Shown: positions 1 to 11,246, counted from the first letter of the stretch. The stretch: 64,000 bases of DNA from Candidatus Aminicenantes bacterium (GCA_963843505.1 CAWJKR010000013.1:36775-100774); one strand, 5' to 3'. Made by a program: numbers and translations. Notes: generated from the letters alone by a model not told the origin.

Positions 1-273
1 GATCGCGTCGCCGATATCGTCCTGGTTCTTGAGAAGACGCTCGGCGATCTTCCCCGCGTCTTCGAGGTTCGCCAGCGAGCTGATGATGAAGTTCCTCGTG
101 TAGGTGATGTGGTCCTCCCAGAGCTTGCGCATGGCCATTCCCAGCTCCATGGCCGGCTTCGTCATCATGGGCGCCATCATCGTCCCTCTTTCCTTCATCA
201 TCTGCGCGTTGCCGGGAAGTGTGAAGGCGCAGACGGCGAACACGGTTAAGGCTACGATCACTGACTTTTTCAT
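1..273 (-). CDS. secreted hypothetical protein (N-terminal 91 codons; gene runs off the left edge)
   Basis: ATG at 273-271 with AAGGAG 8 nt upstream. Signal peptide [24 protein letters not shown]. The frame stays open to base 1. Absent from the ORF track because no stop lies inside the window. Confidence 0.6.
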   Translation of the reverse strand, partial: MKKSVIVALTVFAVCAFTLPGNAQMMKERGTMMAPMMTKPAMELGMAMRKLWEDHITYTRNFIISSLANLEDAGKIAERLLKNQDDIGDAI

Positions 274-563
274 TTTCGACTCCTTTATGGGATCCGTCGG
301 GATCCAACGCGTTGGGCGCCGCCGTTTCCCCCGTTCCCGCGGATGTCGCCGGCGCCCAGCGCTTTACCCGCGGCACTGTTAATTTAGCAAGATATGTGCC
401 AGCCCGAAAGCAAAGTTCGGCCCCTTCCCTCAAGGCTCGGAGCCTTTCCCCAGAGAACGCCGGACCCCGCCGGGGATCCCAAAAACCGTCCCTCTTTCCT
501 GCCCCGCCGGACTCCCGTGCCCCACCCATATAGAGGAGATCATGCCGGGGCCTCCGTCGATCA

Positions 564-593
564 TTGACATCGGCCGCCGGGCGGAAATATCAT
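564..593 (+). promoter_or_regulatory. sigma70-type promoter candidate (TTGACA-N18-TATCAT)
   Basis: TTGACA at 564-569 and TATCAT at 588-593, about 20 nt upstream of the ATG at 615. The same architecture recurs upstream of several other genes in this window. Confidence 0.45.
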
Positions 594-614
594 CGCCTGC
601 GGGAGAACAAAGCC

Positions 615-1859
615 ATGACTAATCGCCGTTTCCGCCTTCCGAAGGCCGCGCTCGTCGCCGCCGGGGTCGTGCTGCTCGTCCAGGCCGTCGTGCCGTGCAC
701 GCTGGCCGTCATCTCCGGCCGGGCCACGGCCAACGGACGGCCGCTGATGTGGAAGAACCGCGACACGTCCGACCCGAACAACAAGCTCATGGCCTTCAAG
801 GGCCCGAAACACGACTTCATCGCCGTCGTCATCTCCGAGGCCGTGGATCCGAGCGAGGTCTGGGGCGGCCAGAACGCCGCGGGCTTCGCCCTCATGAACT
901 CGCAGGCCGACGACCTCAGCGACGGGGCGAAGAAGCTCGACGGGGCGGGGAACGGGGCGTTCATGAAGCTCGCCCTGGGCGAATGCGCCACGGTCCGGGA
1001 TTTCGAGGCCCTCCTCGTCCGGGAGAAGGGGAAGTGGGACCTGGCCGCGAACTTCGGCGTCATCGACGCCGAGGGCGGCGCCTGCTTCTTCGAGACGCGT
1101 CGGGACTCCTTCGTCAAGTTCGATACACGCGACCCGCGCGTGGCCCCCTTCGGCTTCATCGTCCGGACGAACTTCGCCTTCACGTCTCCCGATCATATGC
1201 TCGGCGGCGGCTTCGACCGCTTCGAGCGGATCGGCCACATCGTCGAGGCGGCCCGCGCGCAGGGCCGGATCGACGCCCGCTTCATCCTGCGCGAGGCCTC
1301 CCGCGACCTCGTTCACGAGAAGCTCCACTCGGACCCGCTCGCCCGGCCCCTGCCGGACGACCCGGCGGCGCCCCTCTACGTCCACACCAACGACACCATC
1401 AACCGCAACACCAGCGTCTCGGTCCTCGTCTTCGAGGGCGCCCCGTCGCGCGACCGGGCCGACCTGGGGACGATGTGGGTCCTCTTGGGCCAGCCCGTGA
1501 CGGGGGTGGCCGTGCCGGTCTGGCCGGCCGCGGGAAAGGTCCCGGCCGTGACCACCGGACCCAAGACCGCGCCGCTCAACGACCTCGCCCTGGCCGTCGC
1601 CGCTTATCTCTACCCGGACAAGCGGGGCCGCATGTATCAGTACCTCAACGTCACCCGGCTCCGGACCTACGGCGGGGAAGGGGTCCTGCCCAAGCTCTTC
1701 CGGGTCGAGGACCGGGCCATGGAGAGGACGGCGGCGAAGTGGGCCGAGTGGGCGGCGGCAAAGCCGTCCGCGGCGGAGATGGCGGATTTCCAGGAGAGCG
1801 TCGCCGCGGAAGCCTACGAGGCGCTGAAAAAGGAATTCGCTGACCTTCGCCGCCGCTAA
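615..1859 (+). CDS. secreted Ntn-hydrolase (peptidase C69/C45-like, Cys N-terminal nucleophile)
   Basis: Inner Met of ORF 564..1859, with GGGAGA 9 nt upstream. Signal peptide ends ...AVVPC, followed by CTLAVISGRATANGRPLMWKNRD. This resembles the CT...G...NRD/NED start of C69 dipeptidases and related Ntn hydrolases. Confidence 0.55.
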   Translation: MTNRRFRLPKAALVAAGVVLLVQAVVPCTLAVISGRATANGRPLMWKNRDTSDPNNKLMAFKGPKHDFIAVVISEAVDPSEVWGGQNAAGFALMNSQADDLSDGAKKLDGAGNGAFMKLALGECATVRDFEALLVREKGKWDLAANFGVIDAEGGACFFETRRDSFVKFDTRDPRVAPFGFIVRTNFAFTSPDHMLGGGFDRFERIGHIVEAARAQGRIDARFILREASRDLVHEKLHSDPLARPLPDDPAAPLYVHTNDTINRNTSVSVLVFEGAPSRDRADLGTMWVLLGQPVTGVAVPVWPAAGKVPAVTTGPKTAPLNDLALAVAAYLYPDKRGRMYQYLNVTRLRTYGGEGVLPKLFRVEDRAMERTAAKWAEWAAAKPSAAEMADFQESVAAEAYEALKKEFADLRRR

Positions 1860-4021
1860 AAGGCCTGGCCGAGACTGAAGTGCAGCCGGTAAGGCGATTC
1901 CCCGGGACGCCGGTCCAGCTTGAAGGCCAGGTCCAGCCTGCCGAGAACGAACCCGAGGTTCACCCGGATGCCCAAACCGGCGGTCTTCCTCACCCGGAAC
2001 GGATTGAAGTCGGAGAGAGTCGGGTAGACGTTGCCGAGGTCCGTGAACAGGGCGCCGCTCAATATCTTGAAGATCGGGAACCGTAGCTCCTGGCTCACGA
2101 TCAGGACGGCGTTCCCCCCGGCCGGATTCCCCGTAACGGGGTCCGTCGGCCCGACCTCATGGTACCCGAATCCCCGCAACGAGCTGCCGCCGCCGGCGAA
2201 GAACCTCTCCGAGGGGACGAGCTCCTGGCCCAGCCCGTGCCCAATCCCCAGTCGCGCCGCGGCCGCATATGTGAGGGAGCGTCCGAGCGGCAGGTAGATG
2301 AAATACTGTCCGAAGAACCGGAGATAATCGACGTCCGAGGCCAGGGCCTTTCCCGCATACTCCCCGGTCACGGAGATGAAGCTGCCGCGGACGCTGTCGA
2401 AAAGGCTTTCCCGCCGGTCCCGGGCGGCGGAAAGCACGACCTTGCCGACATTGTACGGCTCCCCGAGAAGCGGCCGGCCCTCAAAGAGGTTCGAGAGGTG
2501 TTCAAAGGTGTAATTCCACGAAAAAACGAAGTCCTTCCGGAACCTCATCTGTTGCTGAAAAACGGCCCCCACCCGGCCCGTCGTGAAATCGGCTTCTTCG
2601 ACCCTGTTGGCGAAGGCCGACAGGCTCGTATCGAGCCTGGCACCCAGGAAATAGGGGCTCCTTATGTAGGCCCGGGCGCTTCGCTCCCGGAAGTCCGCCT
2701 GCAGGCCCGCCCCGGCGTCGAGGGCCCTGCCCAGGAAGTTCCTGCGGGCGAGCTCGACCGTGGCGCCGAGCCCCGTGTCGGTATCGTACTGGCCTCCGTA
2801 CCTCAAGTAATAGGGCTTGAGCTCCTTCACCCGCACCTCGACCTCGTAGGGTGTCGGCGGCGTCGCGCTCCCGGGTTGGCCCTGCCGGTCTTCGAGCGGG
2901 CGGGCGTCGATGTCGATCGCCTGGAAGATGCCCAGGCGATAGAGCCGCCTCTGCGCCTCGCTGAATCTCCGGCCGTCGACGACGTCCCCGGACCCGAAGT
3001 CCAGCTCTCGCTTGATCGTCCCGCTCGTCGTGATCCTGTTGCCGGTGATGGCGACGTCCTCGATCACGGCCTTGTCGTTCTCTTGGATCGCGAAGATGAG
3101 GTCGACCTTTCCTTCCCCGGGGCTGGCGGCGATACGCCCGTCGACCCGGCAATTGACGAACCCATTCCCTTTGTACAGCTTTTCCATGCTGGCCGCGGCC
3201 GGGTCGAGGAGGTCCGGCATGAAAGGATCGCCCTCGGCGAGACCCGCGGCCTTGAGGAGGGCGGGACGATCGAGCCGCGCCCGGCCCTCGAAAACGATGC
3301 TCCCTATGGCAAAACGGGGTCCCTCCTGCACTTGGAACGCCGCCTCGGCCCTTTTCTCGCCGGCCCGGAACACGATCCGCGGGCCTTCCACCTGGGCTTT
3401 GAGGTAGCCTAACCGCCTGAGAACCGTCTCCATGTCATCGGTCAGCCGAGCCGGGCGGGTGAGGAGCGCGTGGAGCGACTCCGGCCGGTCGAGGAGGGCG
3501 CGCAGAGGCCGCTCCCCGATGCCGCTGAGTCCCTCGAAAACGTACTCGATGCCATCGTATCGCGGGCCGGGCGACATATCGATAACGACCGTCTTCGTCT
3601 CCGGGGAAACCTCCCGCTCTTCGAACCGGATCTCCAGCTGATAGTGCCCGTTCCCATAGAACTCGGTTTCAAGGAGCTTCCGGACGTCCTCCATCCGCTG
3701 GCCCGCGAACGTCCCATCCATCCAGAGCCGCCGCGCTCTGGCCGCGGTGGATGGGGAGATCTCCGCGCCGGAGAAGACCAGCCGCACCCGGGGTCCGGCC
3801 GAGATCCGGTAGGCCAGGACGGCGCGGCCCTCGGTCTCCTCTTTCCGGTAATCGACTCCGTATTCAAGGAAATCGTTTGCGAGGTAGAGCTTCTCCAAGC
3901 GCTCGAGGTCTTTCCGGAAGGCGAAATAGTCGAAGCGCTTGCCTTCCTTGAGTTTGAGCCTCTCCATGACGGTTGGCCGCGGCAGGCCGAGCTGGCCCCC
4001 GAGGTCGATCTTGCCGATCAC
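1856..4021 (-). CDS. Omp85/BamA-family outer-membrane protein assembly factor (POTRA repeats + beta-barrel)
   Basis: Intact 721-aa ORF with repeated POTRA-like units. C-terminal barrel carries ERFFAGGGSSLRGFGY and ends ...YRLHFSLGQAF. GTG start. No recognisable signal peptide (see findings). Confidence 0.85.
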   Translation of the reverse strand: MIGKIDLGGQLGLPRPTVMERLKLKEGKRFDYFAFRKDLERLEKLYLANDFLEYGVDYRKEETEGRAVLAYRISAGPRVRLVFSGAEISPSTAARARRLWMDGTFAGQRMEDVRKLLETEFYGNGHYQLEIRFEEREVSPETKTVVIDMSPGPRYDGIEYVFEGLSGIGERPLRALLDRPESLHALLTRPARLTDDMETVLRRLGYLKAQVEGPRIVFRAGEKRAEAAFQVQEGPRFAIGSIVFEGRARLDRPALLKAAGLAEGDPFMPDLLDPAAASMEKLYKGNGFVNCRVDGRIAASPGEGKVDLIFAIQENDKAVIEDVAITGNRITTSGTIKRELDFGSGDVVDGRRFSEAQRRLYRLGIFQAIDIDARPLEDRQGQPGSATPPTPYEVEVRVKELKPYYLRYGGQYDTDTGLGATVELARRNFLGRALDAGAGLQADFRERSARAYIRSPYFLGARLDTSLSAFANRVEEADFTTGRVGAVFQQQMRFRKDFVFSWNYTFEHLSNLFEGRPLLGEPYNVGKVVLSAARDRRESLFDSVRGSFISVTGEYAGKALASDVDYLRFFGQYFIYLPLGRSLTYAAAARLGIGHGLGQELVPSERFFAGGGSSLRGFGYHEVGPTDPVTGNPAGGNAVLIVSQELRFPIFKILSGALFTDLGNVYPTLSDFNPFRVRKTAGLGIRVNLGFVLGRLDLAFKLDRRPGESPYRLHFSLGQAF

Positions 4022-7000
4022 GGGCTCCCTTGGCTCCTGCCGAGAGGACGGGACCTGTCCGCTCCTGCTTCAGGCCGAAGCGCAGCTCGTGCATGGCGCC
4101 GAATTGATAGGAGTCGTTGTCCTGCTTGACGGCCCTGAGGTTGAGGCTCTCGAGGGGCCGGTAGTCCAGCATGAAGGTCCGCTCCTCCGATTCCCTGAGC
4201 CCCTGGGAGAAAACGAGCCGCAGATTCCGGGCGATGTCCCGGCCGACGGTGATGCGCGATTCGGGATTCTCCTGGGCGGCGATCAGGCTGGTGTCGACCC
4301 TGAAGGTGTCCAGGCCGAACGCCCTCTCGACGATCCGCTCAACCCGACCCCAAAGGGCGCTTTCGAGATAGTCCAGGGCTTCGAGGCCGACCGCGGGGAG
4401 GACCGCGGAGGAGACATACTCCAGTCTTTGTCCGGTCAGCAGGATGGAGACGATGTCCGATTCGGCCAGAGGGGGTTCGGACACCAAGGTCGCCGTCAGC
4501 TCGTCGGGGGTCCCGAGGACCCGAAGCTCGATGAGATAGCCCGCGACGCGGGTCCGGGCCGTTAGGTTGATATCAGGGACGATCCGGTCCGCCTCGACGA
4601 ATGTCGCGCTCGCCTGCACGATCTGGTAGGTGTCTCTGGCGAAATACACCTCTCCGCCGTCGACGACGCTGATCCGGCCCTTGAGGCCGGGTTCGTAAGG
4701 CGAGCCCGTGAGCCTCAGGTCGGCCTGAAGGCGGGCCTTCAGCAGGTTGTTGTCGACCCGGACCGGGTTGACGGATTTGAATCGCAGGTCGAAGCTCAGG
4801 TCCTCCAGGAACCCGCTGCGCTCGGCGAACAGATCGCTTCGCCCTTTGTTACTTAACAGGCGGAAGAGCCGTGACTCGACGTAGAGCGGCTCCCTGTAAT
4901 CCGCCGCCTGGAGCGAGATCTCGCCGCCGAGCGAGTGCCGCGCCCCGTCGGACTCGAAACTGAGCCGTCCCGCGGCGAGCGACCGGAGGTTCTCCGGGAA
5001 ATCCAAATTTACGCCGTCCGCCTCCAGATCGAGCCTGGCTTTTGCCAGGGCGAGCTTATTGATCTCGGCCTCGCCTCCCAGCTCGATAGTCCCCCCGTTC
5101 ATCCTGCCTTTGAGTCCCTTGAGGACGAGCTTATTCCCCGCGAATTGGATCTGGCCCGAAAGGCCGGAGAGATAGAGGCCCGGTTCGGCGATCTCGAACC
5201 CGACGCGATCCAGACCAAGGGACCCCGTGATCAGGGGATCGTCAAGCGTTCCCCCGGCTTGCAGCCGGAGCCGGCCCTGCCCGGATACCGCGGTTCGGCC
5301 CAGGAAAGGCTGCAATGTGCGGACATCCAGATCGCCGTCCAGAAAGAGCGAAAGCGGCCCCGCGCCGGTCAGATCCAACCCGCCTCCCGCCCGGATGCTG
5401 GTGCCTTCTCCCGTCAGGGTCAGCTCATCGATGGACAGCTTGCCCGAGCTCAGTCTCAGTCCGACAGGCTGGGCCAGCTTGAGGGGGATCCCCAGAAGCT
5501 CGAGATCCAGCGTCTCGAGGTTCGCTCGAACGTCCATCTCTTCCAGGCTCGGGGCCGAAGCGGTCATCTTGACATCGATATCCGTCCGCCCCGCGAGACC
5601 CGGGGGGAACGCTATCGAGAAGACGCGGGCCAGCCGCGAGAATTCCAGGCCCGTGGCCCGCGCCTCGATGATCGCGTTCGGCCGGGGCTGGCCCGCCCCC
5701 GGGGCAAGGCGCTTGAGAAAGAACGACAGGGGGACCCGGCCTTCGACCTCAACCAGGGAATCCGCGAAGCGAAGGGAAGAGGGCTTGATGACGAGGGCCT
5801 CTTCTTCGATGACCGTTTCCAGCCGGACGTTACCGAAGGGGGGCAGGGGCTCGGGAAAGATGACATGCTCGGCTTCGAGCAGGGCGAAGCCCGAAATAGA
5901 CGTCGAGCCGATGGATCCGGCGTTTCCCTTGATATCGATCTTGGCCGTCATCGCGCCCGGAGCATCCGCATCGGGCATCCCCTTGACGGCCCGGAGAACA
6001 TCCAAAAGCGGCGCTCCGGCCATTTGAAGGGACGCCTCGAACGCTAATGGCGGTTCGAGCCCGATATGTCCTTGCAGCGACACGGCGGGCGCGGGCACGG
6101 TGACGTCGAAGTCCAGCCGGCGTCCGTCGGCCGTGCCATCCAGCAGGCACCTCCTCCAGCCGCCATCCGGAGTATTCCAGGCCGGTCACCCGGGCCTTGA
6201 CGCCAAAACGGGGATGCGGCCAAAGTCCCGACAATCGCCCCTCAAAGTCGAGCCTGCCCCCGATCTTTTCTTCCAAAGCGAGGAGCGGGGAGAGACGATC
6301 CAAGGGCAGACCCGTCGCGGTAAGATCGAGCGAGGTTTCGCCCCGGCGCGTGCCGAGAGCCAGGGCGCCCGAAATATGGCCTTCAGCCGGGCCGGAGATC
6401 AATCGGAAATCCCGAATGCTGATGGACCCTCCGGCGAACGAAGCCTCGCCCGCGAGGTCCCATTCGCCCAGTTCCCGGAAGGCGACCCCTTTCGCCTCCC
6501 ATATCGAAGTGATCCGAGGCGCCCGGACGGTTCCCGTGATGGAGCCGGACACGGCGGCTTCCCCGCTCAGACAGCGAAAAGGGCCGTCGTTCGCCGACGG
6601 GAGGTATCTCGAGCACAGGGCCGCGAGGTCATCCGTCTCGACCCGGTAGACCCCGGCGAGCTTGCCTCCTGCGAGACGGACCTCCCCGGACAGGCTCAAG
6701 GCTTCCGCGGACAGGCCGGGCAAGACGAGCGAGATCCGCTCCGGACTCGATTCCACGCGCAGATCGCCCCAGATGGGACGGAGCGCCTCGTCGCCCGCCG
6801 CCCTGGGCTCCGGTTTCCTGAATATCAGCTCGCCGCTTCCGACGAGGCCTTCCAGGCCGAGCTCGTCCCAGGAAGCGTCAATGCGCCCAGAAACCCGGGA
6901 TGAGAAGGGCGGGATCCAGTCCGAAAGGGCCGCCAGTTCGGCGAGGTCGAGATCCTTGAGCTCGAGCCGGGCCTTGTTCCCCTTTTCCCATTCGAGGGGG

Positions 7001-8015
7001 CGCAGCTCGGCGCTCCCGGAGATCGTTCCCCCGGCCGCGGCGAGCCGCAGGGAGGCCACGGTCAGGACCCGGTCCTCCCATCGCGCCTCGGCTTCGAAGC
7101 TGGCCCCGGACGTCCGCGCCGGATCCAGCAACTCGCCCTGAAGGCTCAAGACCGCCCGAAGCGATGAAGGGGGGCCTTCGAGCCCGGCGCGGACAGCGAC
7201 CTGGCCGGACATTCCGGGCCGCCCGGAGAGCAGGGGCCGGATAGTCTCTCCGTCGATCAGAGCGGTGAAGTCCAGGTCCAGGCGCGGGTTGAGCGGATCC
7301 TCGATCCGTCCGGACGCGCTCAAGCGGCTCTTCTCCGTTTCTATCAGGAGATCCTCGAGCTCGATCGCGTCGCGGCCGAGCCTCCCCCGCGCCGAGAGGG
7401 ACGGCGATAGACGCCAGCCGTCCTTGAACGACAGGGCGCCGTTCCGGAGATTTTCGATTCGGAACGCGTGAAAGCCCGCCCGGTCCCACTCGAGCCGCAC
7501 GAGGACGGTCGGCGATTCCAGGACCATGTCGCGGCCCGGATCGGCATAGAGGACCGAGAACCCCGTGACGGCCAGGCTCCCGATGCGGAACTCCGGCAGC
7601 GTCCCGCCGGAAGGGGCTGTGGCTGTGCCGGATCCGAAGTCCGGCACGTTGCTGACGCCTGCCCCGCTTTTATGTACGGCTATCCTGAGATCGACCGCCG
7701 TGATCTCTTTGACGACGGGCTTTCCTTTCAGGAGCAGCGATAAAGGGACCCGGGCCGTAACGGCGCCGGCCCGGAGGAACACCGGCAGATCCGCCCTGTC
7801 CCTGTCACGAACGGTCAGGCCGCTCACCGTGAACCTCAAGGTCAAGAGGTTGTAGCCCAGGCGCTCGATGCCGACCTCCAGGCCGTACTTCTTCTCCAGG
7901 AATCCAATGGCGTACTTCCTGGCCAGGTTCCTGGCCGGAAGCGTATGAAGCAGGGCGAAGATGACGATCATGCCGAGGATGACGGCCAAGGCGAGACGGA
8001 GGAGGCGTTTTCTCA
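3864..8015 (-). CDS. tamB: TamB-like translocation/assembly module protein (AsmA-like, DUF490-type C-terminus), one apparent frameshift
   Basis: Signal-anchor MRKRLLRLALAVILGMIVIFALL at the inner Met (8015) of ORF 5830..9003. Long beta-rich body. It joins ORF 3864..6098 through a 1-nt frame change near 6145-6150. The TamB-like end reads ...LDYRPLESLNLRAVKQDNDSYQFGAMHELRFG. The last ~60 codons (3864-4060) look like run-on. ATGA overlap with the upstream gene. Confidence 0.8.
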
Positions 8016-8834
8016 TTCCCCGTTCCGCGGCGCCGGCCGGCCGAGACTGAGGCACAGCTGGGCGCCGGCAAAATAGATCCCGATGGAAAAGAAGAGCCAC
8101 AGTTGGAGCAGCGTGATGGATCCGATGACTCCGGGCAGAGCGGTCAGCGTGCTGATAGCGCTCACATACCAGCCGAACAGGAGCTTGAGCGCTTCCCAGA
8201 GGATCGCGGCCATGAATCCCCCAGCCAGGGCGCGCTTGAAGCCGAACTTGCCGTAGGAGAGGTAGCGGTAAGAGAAGGCCAGGAAGAAACCCTCGACGAG
8301 GACGTAGGCCGGCAGGACGAAATAATATGATCTGACGAGGGGAAGGCGTCCGAGCTTCTCGGCTATGACGAAAAGAGCGCCCCCGCTCAGAACGATGAGG
8401 ACGATCGCCAAGGCGGTGATCAGGAAGAACGAAAACGTCTTGAGTGTCGCCAGCCAGCCGGTGGCGGCGCGCGTGAAGCCCAAGATGCGGTTCAAGGCTG
8501 AACGCATCTGGGAGAAAACCATGAACGAGGAGTAGACGAGGGCGAGGAAGCTGACGACGGAGAGAACGCCGCCGGACTTGAGCATGCCCCGCAGGATGTC
8601 CATCACGTTGCCGGAAACCGACGGGGGGAAGAGCCGGGCGTACTCTTCCAGCTTGGACAGCGCCGCGCTTCTGTCCACGAAGACGCTGGCCAGCGAGATC
8701 ACAAAGAGGAAGAACGGGAACAACGAGAGAAACGCGAAAAAGGAGACCGAAGCGGCCAGGGACGAGGCCCGTTTCCGCTTGAGCTGCCTCAAGACGTGTT
8801 TGATGGTCCCTATTGTTCGTTCGGCCCTGTTCAC
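8013..8834 (-). CDS. YihY/BrkB-family (ribonuclease BN-like) inner-membrane protein
   Basis: Intact 273-aa ORF, polytopic, with the typical N-terminus ...RASSLAASVSFFAFLSLFPFFLF. Its stop overlaps the tamB-like start. Confidence 0.8.
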   Translation of the reverse strand: MNRAERTIGTIKHVLRQLKRKRASSLAASVSFFAFLSLFPFFLFVISLASVFVDRSAALSKLEEYARLFPPSVSGNVMDILRGMLKSGGVLSVVSFLALVYSSFMVFSQMRSALNRILGFTRAATGWLATLKTFSFFLITALAIVLIVLSGGALFVIAEKLGRLPLVRSYYFVLPAYVLVEGFFLAFSYRYLSYGKFGFKRALAGGFMAAILWEALKLLFGWYVSAISTLTALPGVIGSITLLQLWLFFSIGIYFAGAQLCLSLGRPAPRNGE

Positions 8835-9081
8835 AGATCACCCCATCATCGATAACTCTATAGCAAACTCCGTGCCAGACGAAACCCGCGAAGTCCCGGC
8901 CATTGGCTTGAAAATGGCCTGAAAAGGGCCCCCTCGGGCATCCCGGTGGCGGACGCCCAGGCCTGCTTTGCGGAACAGAATATGGCCCGGCAGGACGAGA
9001 CAACAGGATATTCGGGGCCTCAGGCCGGACGGATCGTCACAAAGACGTCCGGCGAGCGTATTCCGTGGCCCGTTCGGTTCC

Positions 9082-9111
9082 TTGACAACGGTTCGCGTGC
9101 GAGACTATGAT
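9082..9111 (+). promoter_or_regulatory. sigma70-type promoter candidate (TTGACA-N18-TATGAT)
   Basis: TTGACA at 9082-9087 and TATGAT at 9106-9111, about 35 nt upstream of the ATG at 9146. Confidence 0.5.
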
Positions 9112-9145
9112 TCCGGCCTCGAACGCTCCCCGGGAAGGAAGGCCC

Positions 9146-11234
9146 ATGAGAAAACGCGCTACTTCTTTTCGTCATCGTCGTGGCCGTTCTGGCCTCCGTG
9201 GCGGCGAGCCCCCAGGCGCCCGCCCGGCCGGCCGGCGACCCCGTCGTCCAGAAGATCATCGAGCTCGGCACGACCGACAACCGGGTCATGATCTGGAACG
9301 ATTACGCCAGCAACCGCTTCGGCGGCCGGGAGTCGGGCACGAACGCCTACAACGACGCCACCGAGTGGGCCGTCTGGCAGTTCAAGCAGTGGGGGCTCGA
9401 GGCCGAGCTCGACGAGGCCGGCGAGGTGCCGGTCGGCTTCAACCGCGGCCCCTGGTTCGGCAAGATGATCAAGCCCGCCGAGAAGGCTCTCTACTTCGGC
9501 ACGCCGAGCTTCACGGCCGGGACCAAGGGCGTCGAGCGCGGGCCGGTCGTCATCCTGAAGGCCGACCCGTTCTCCATCCCCGGGCGCAACGCCACGCCCG
9601 AGGACGTCGAGAAGAAGCGGGCCGCCGTCGAGGCGGCCATCGCCGAGGTCAAGGCCAACCCGGCCGCCTTCAAGGGCGCCTGGGTCCTCATCGCCGGCCA
9701 CGAACACCGGTTTCGCCCGCGACGGCCGCCGCGGCACGCCCGAGTACGCCGACGCCCAGCTCATGCCGACGCTCACGACGGCCCTCGTCGAGGCCGGCGC
9801 CCGGGGCACCATCCAGTCGTCCAAGACCGATCCCTTCCCGATGCTCGACGGCTTCGTCGAGTCCTGGGACAAGCTCCCGGTCCTGCCCGACATCAAGCTG
9901 GCCGAGGCCCAGTACAACGAGATCAAGGGCCTGGTCGAGAAGGGCGAGCCGGTCGAGCTCGAGTTCGACATCCGCAACTGGTTCAAGATGGGCCCGGTCA
10001 AGTACCACAGCGTCGTCGCGACCCTGCGCGGGACCGAGTTCCCCGACGAATACATCGTCCTCGGCGGCCACTTCGACTGCTTCAGCGCCGCGACCGGCGG
10101 CCGTCGACGACGGCTCGGGCTTCGCCCCGGCCATGGAGGCCATGCGGCTCATCCAGGCCGCCGGCGGCCGGCCCAAGCGGTCGATCGTCGGTCGTGCTCT
10201 TCGCGGCCGAGGAGATCGGCCTGGTCGGCTCGCAGGCCTGGCTCAAGAACCGGCCCGGCATCGCCCCCAAGATCGTGATGATGATCAACCGCGACGGCAG
10301 CCCGAGCGCCATCACCGGGGCCGCCGGTCCCCGAGACCTGGTTCGCCGATTTCAAGAGGATCACCGCGCCGCTCGCGGCCCTCAACCCGAAGTGGCCGTT
10401 CAAGCTCGAGCGGGGCGTGCCCCGGGCCCACGCCACGAGCCCCGGCGGCACGGACCACTCCTCGTTCGAGATGCAGGGCGTGCCGACGCTCCGCTTCACG
10501 ACCCAGACCGACTACCAGTACCAGCACGCCTGGCACACCCTGCACGACCTCTACAGCGAGCTCGTGCCCTACACGGCCCACCAGCAGCATTCGGCGCTGG
10601 TCACCGCGGTCGTGGCCTACGGCGTGGCCAACCTCGACAAGCCCCTGACGCGGGACGGGCGTCTATCTCGCCGACGGCCTCTACGCCGACATCGCCGTCG
10701 GCGCCGGCGATTCGCCCGCGCACGTCATGACGACGCTCGATTTCGTCAACGCGCCGCTCCAGACGGCCAACTTCGTCCGCATCGTCGAGGGCAAGGGCGG
10801 GCGGCCAGGGGCTCCGGGGCGGCATGGGCCCCGGCGGGCCGTCCCGGCGCGGGGCCGCGGCCGGAGATCCCGCCGATCGGCAAGGTCGACGTGCGGGACG
10901 GCGTCGTCGCCGGGCTCGATCGTCTCCGACGTCCAGAAGTCGGTGGCCATCCCGACGCTGCCGCTTGTCGCCGAACGCCGCGCTCAAGCACGACGCCGCC
11001 GGCGTCCTCGGCGTCACCGGGCCGAACGCGTTCTACCTGACGCTCCGGAAGCGCGCCGGGCTGGACAAGACGGCCACGGCCATCGGCAAGACGATCGCCG
11101 GCCTCGATCTCCTGAAGACCGTGAAGAAGGGCGATCCCATCCGGAGCATCCGCATCGTCCGGGTCGGCCAGGCCGCCCGCGATTTCAAGACGGACGACGA
11201 GGCCTTCAAGAAGCTCCTCGAAGCGAACAAATAG
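9146..11234 (+). pseudogene. M28-family aminopeptidase with C-terminal cyclophilin-like (PPIase-fold) domain; at least 6 apparent frameshifts
   Basis: Pieces lie in three frames. The signal peptide is only restored if one A of AAAA (9151-9154) is removed, giving MRNALLLFVIVVAVLASVAASPQA. M28 motifs present: VLGGHFDCF, VDDGSGFA, FAAEEIGLVGS, GGTDHSSFEMQGVP. The tail reads TLDFVNAPLQTANFVRIVEG ... LKHDAAGVLGVTGPNAFYLTL ... AGLDKTATAIGKTIAGLDLL, which is cyclophilin-like. Confidence 0.7.
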
Positions 11235-11246
11235 GAGGAATATCAC

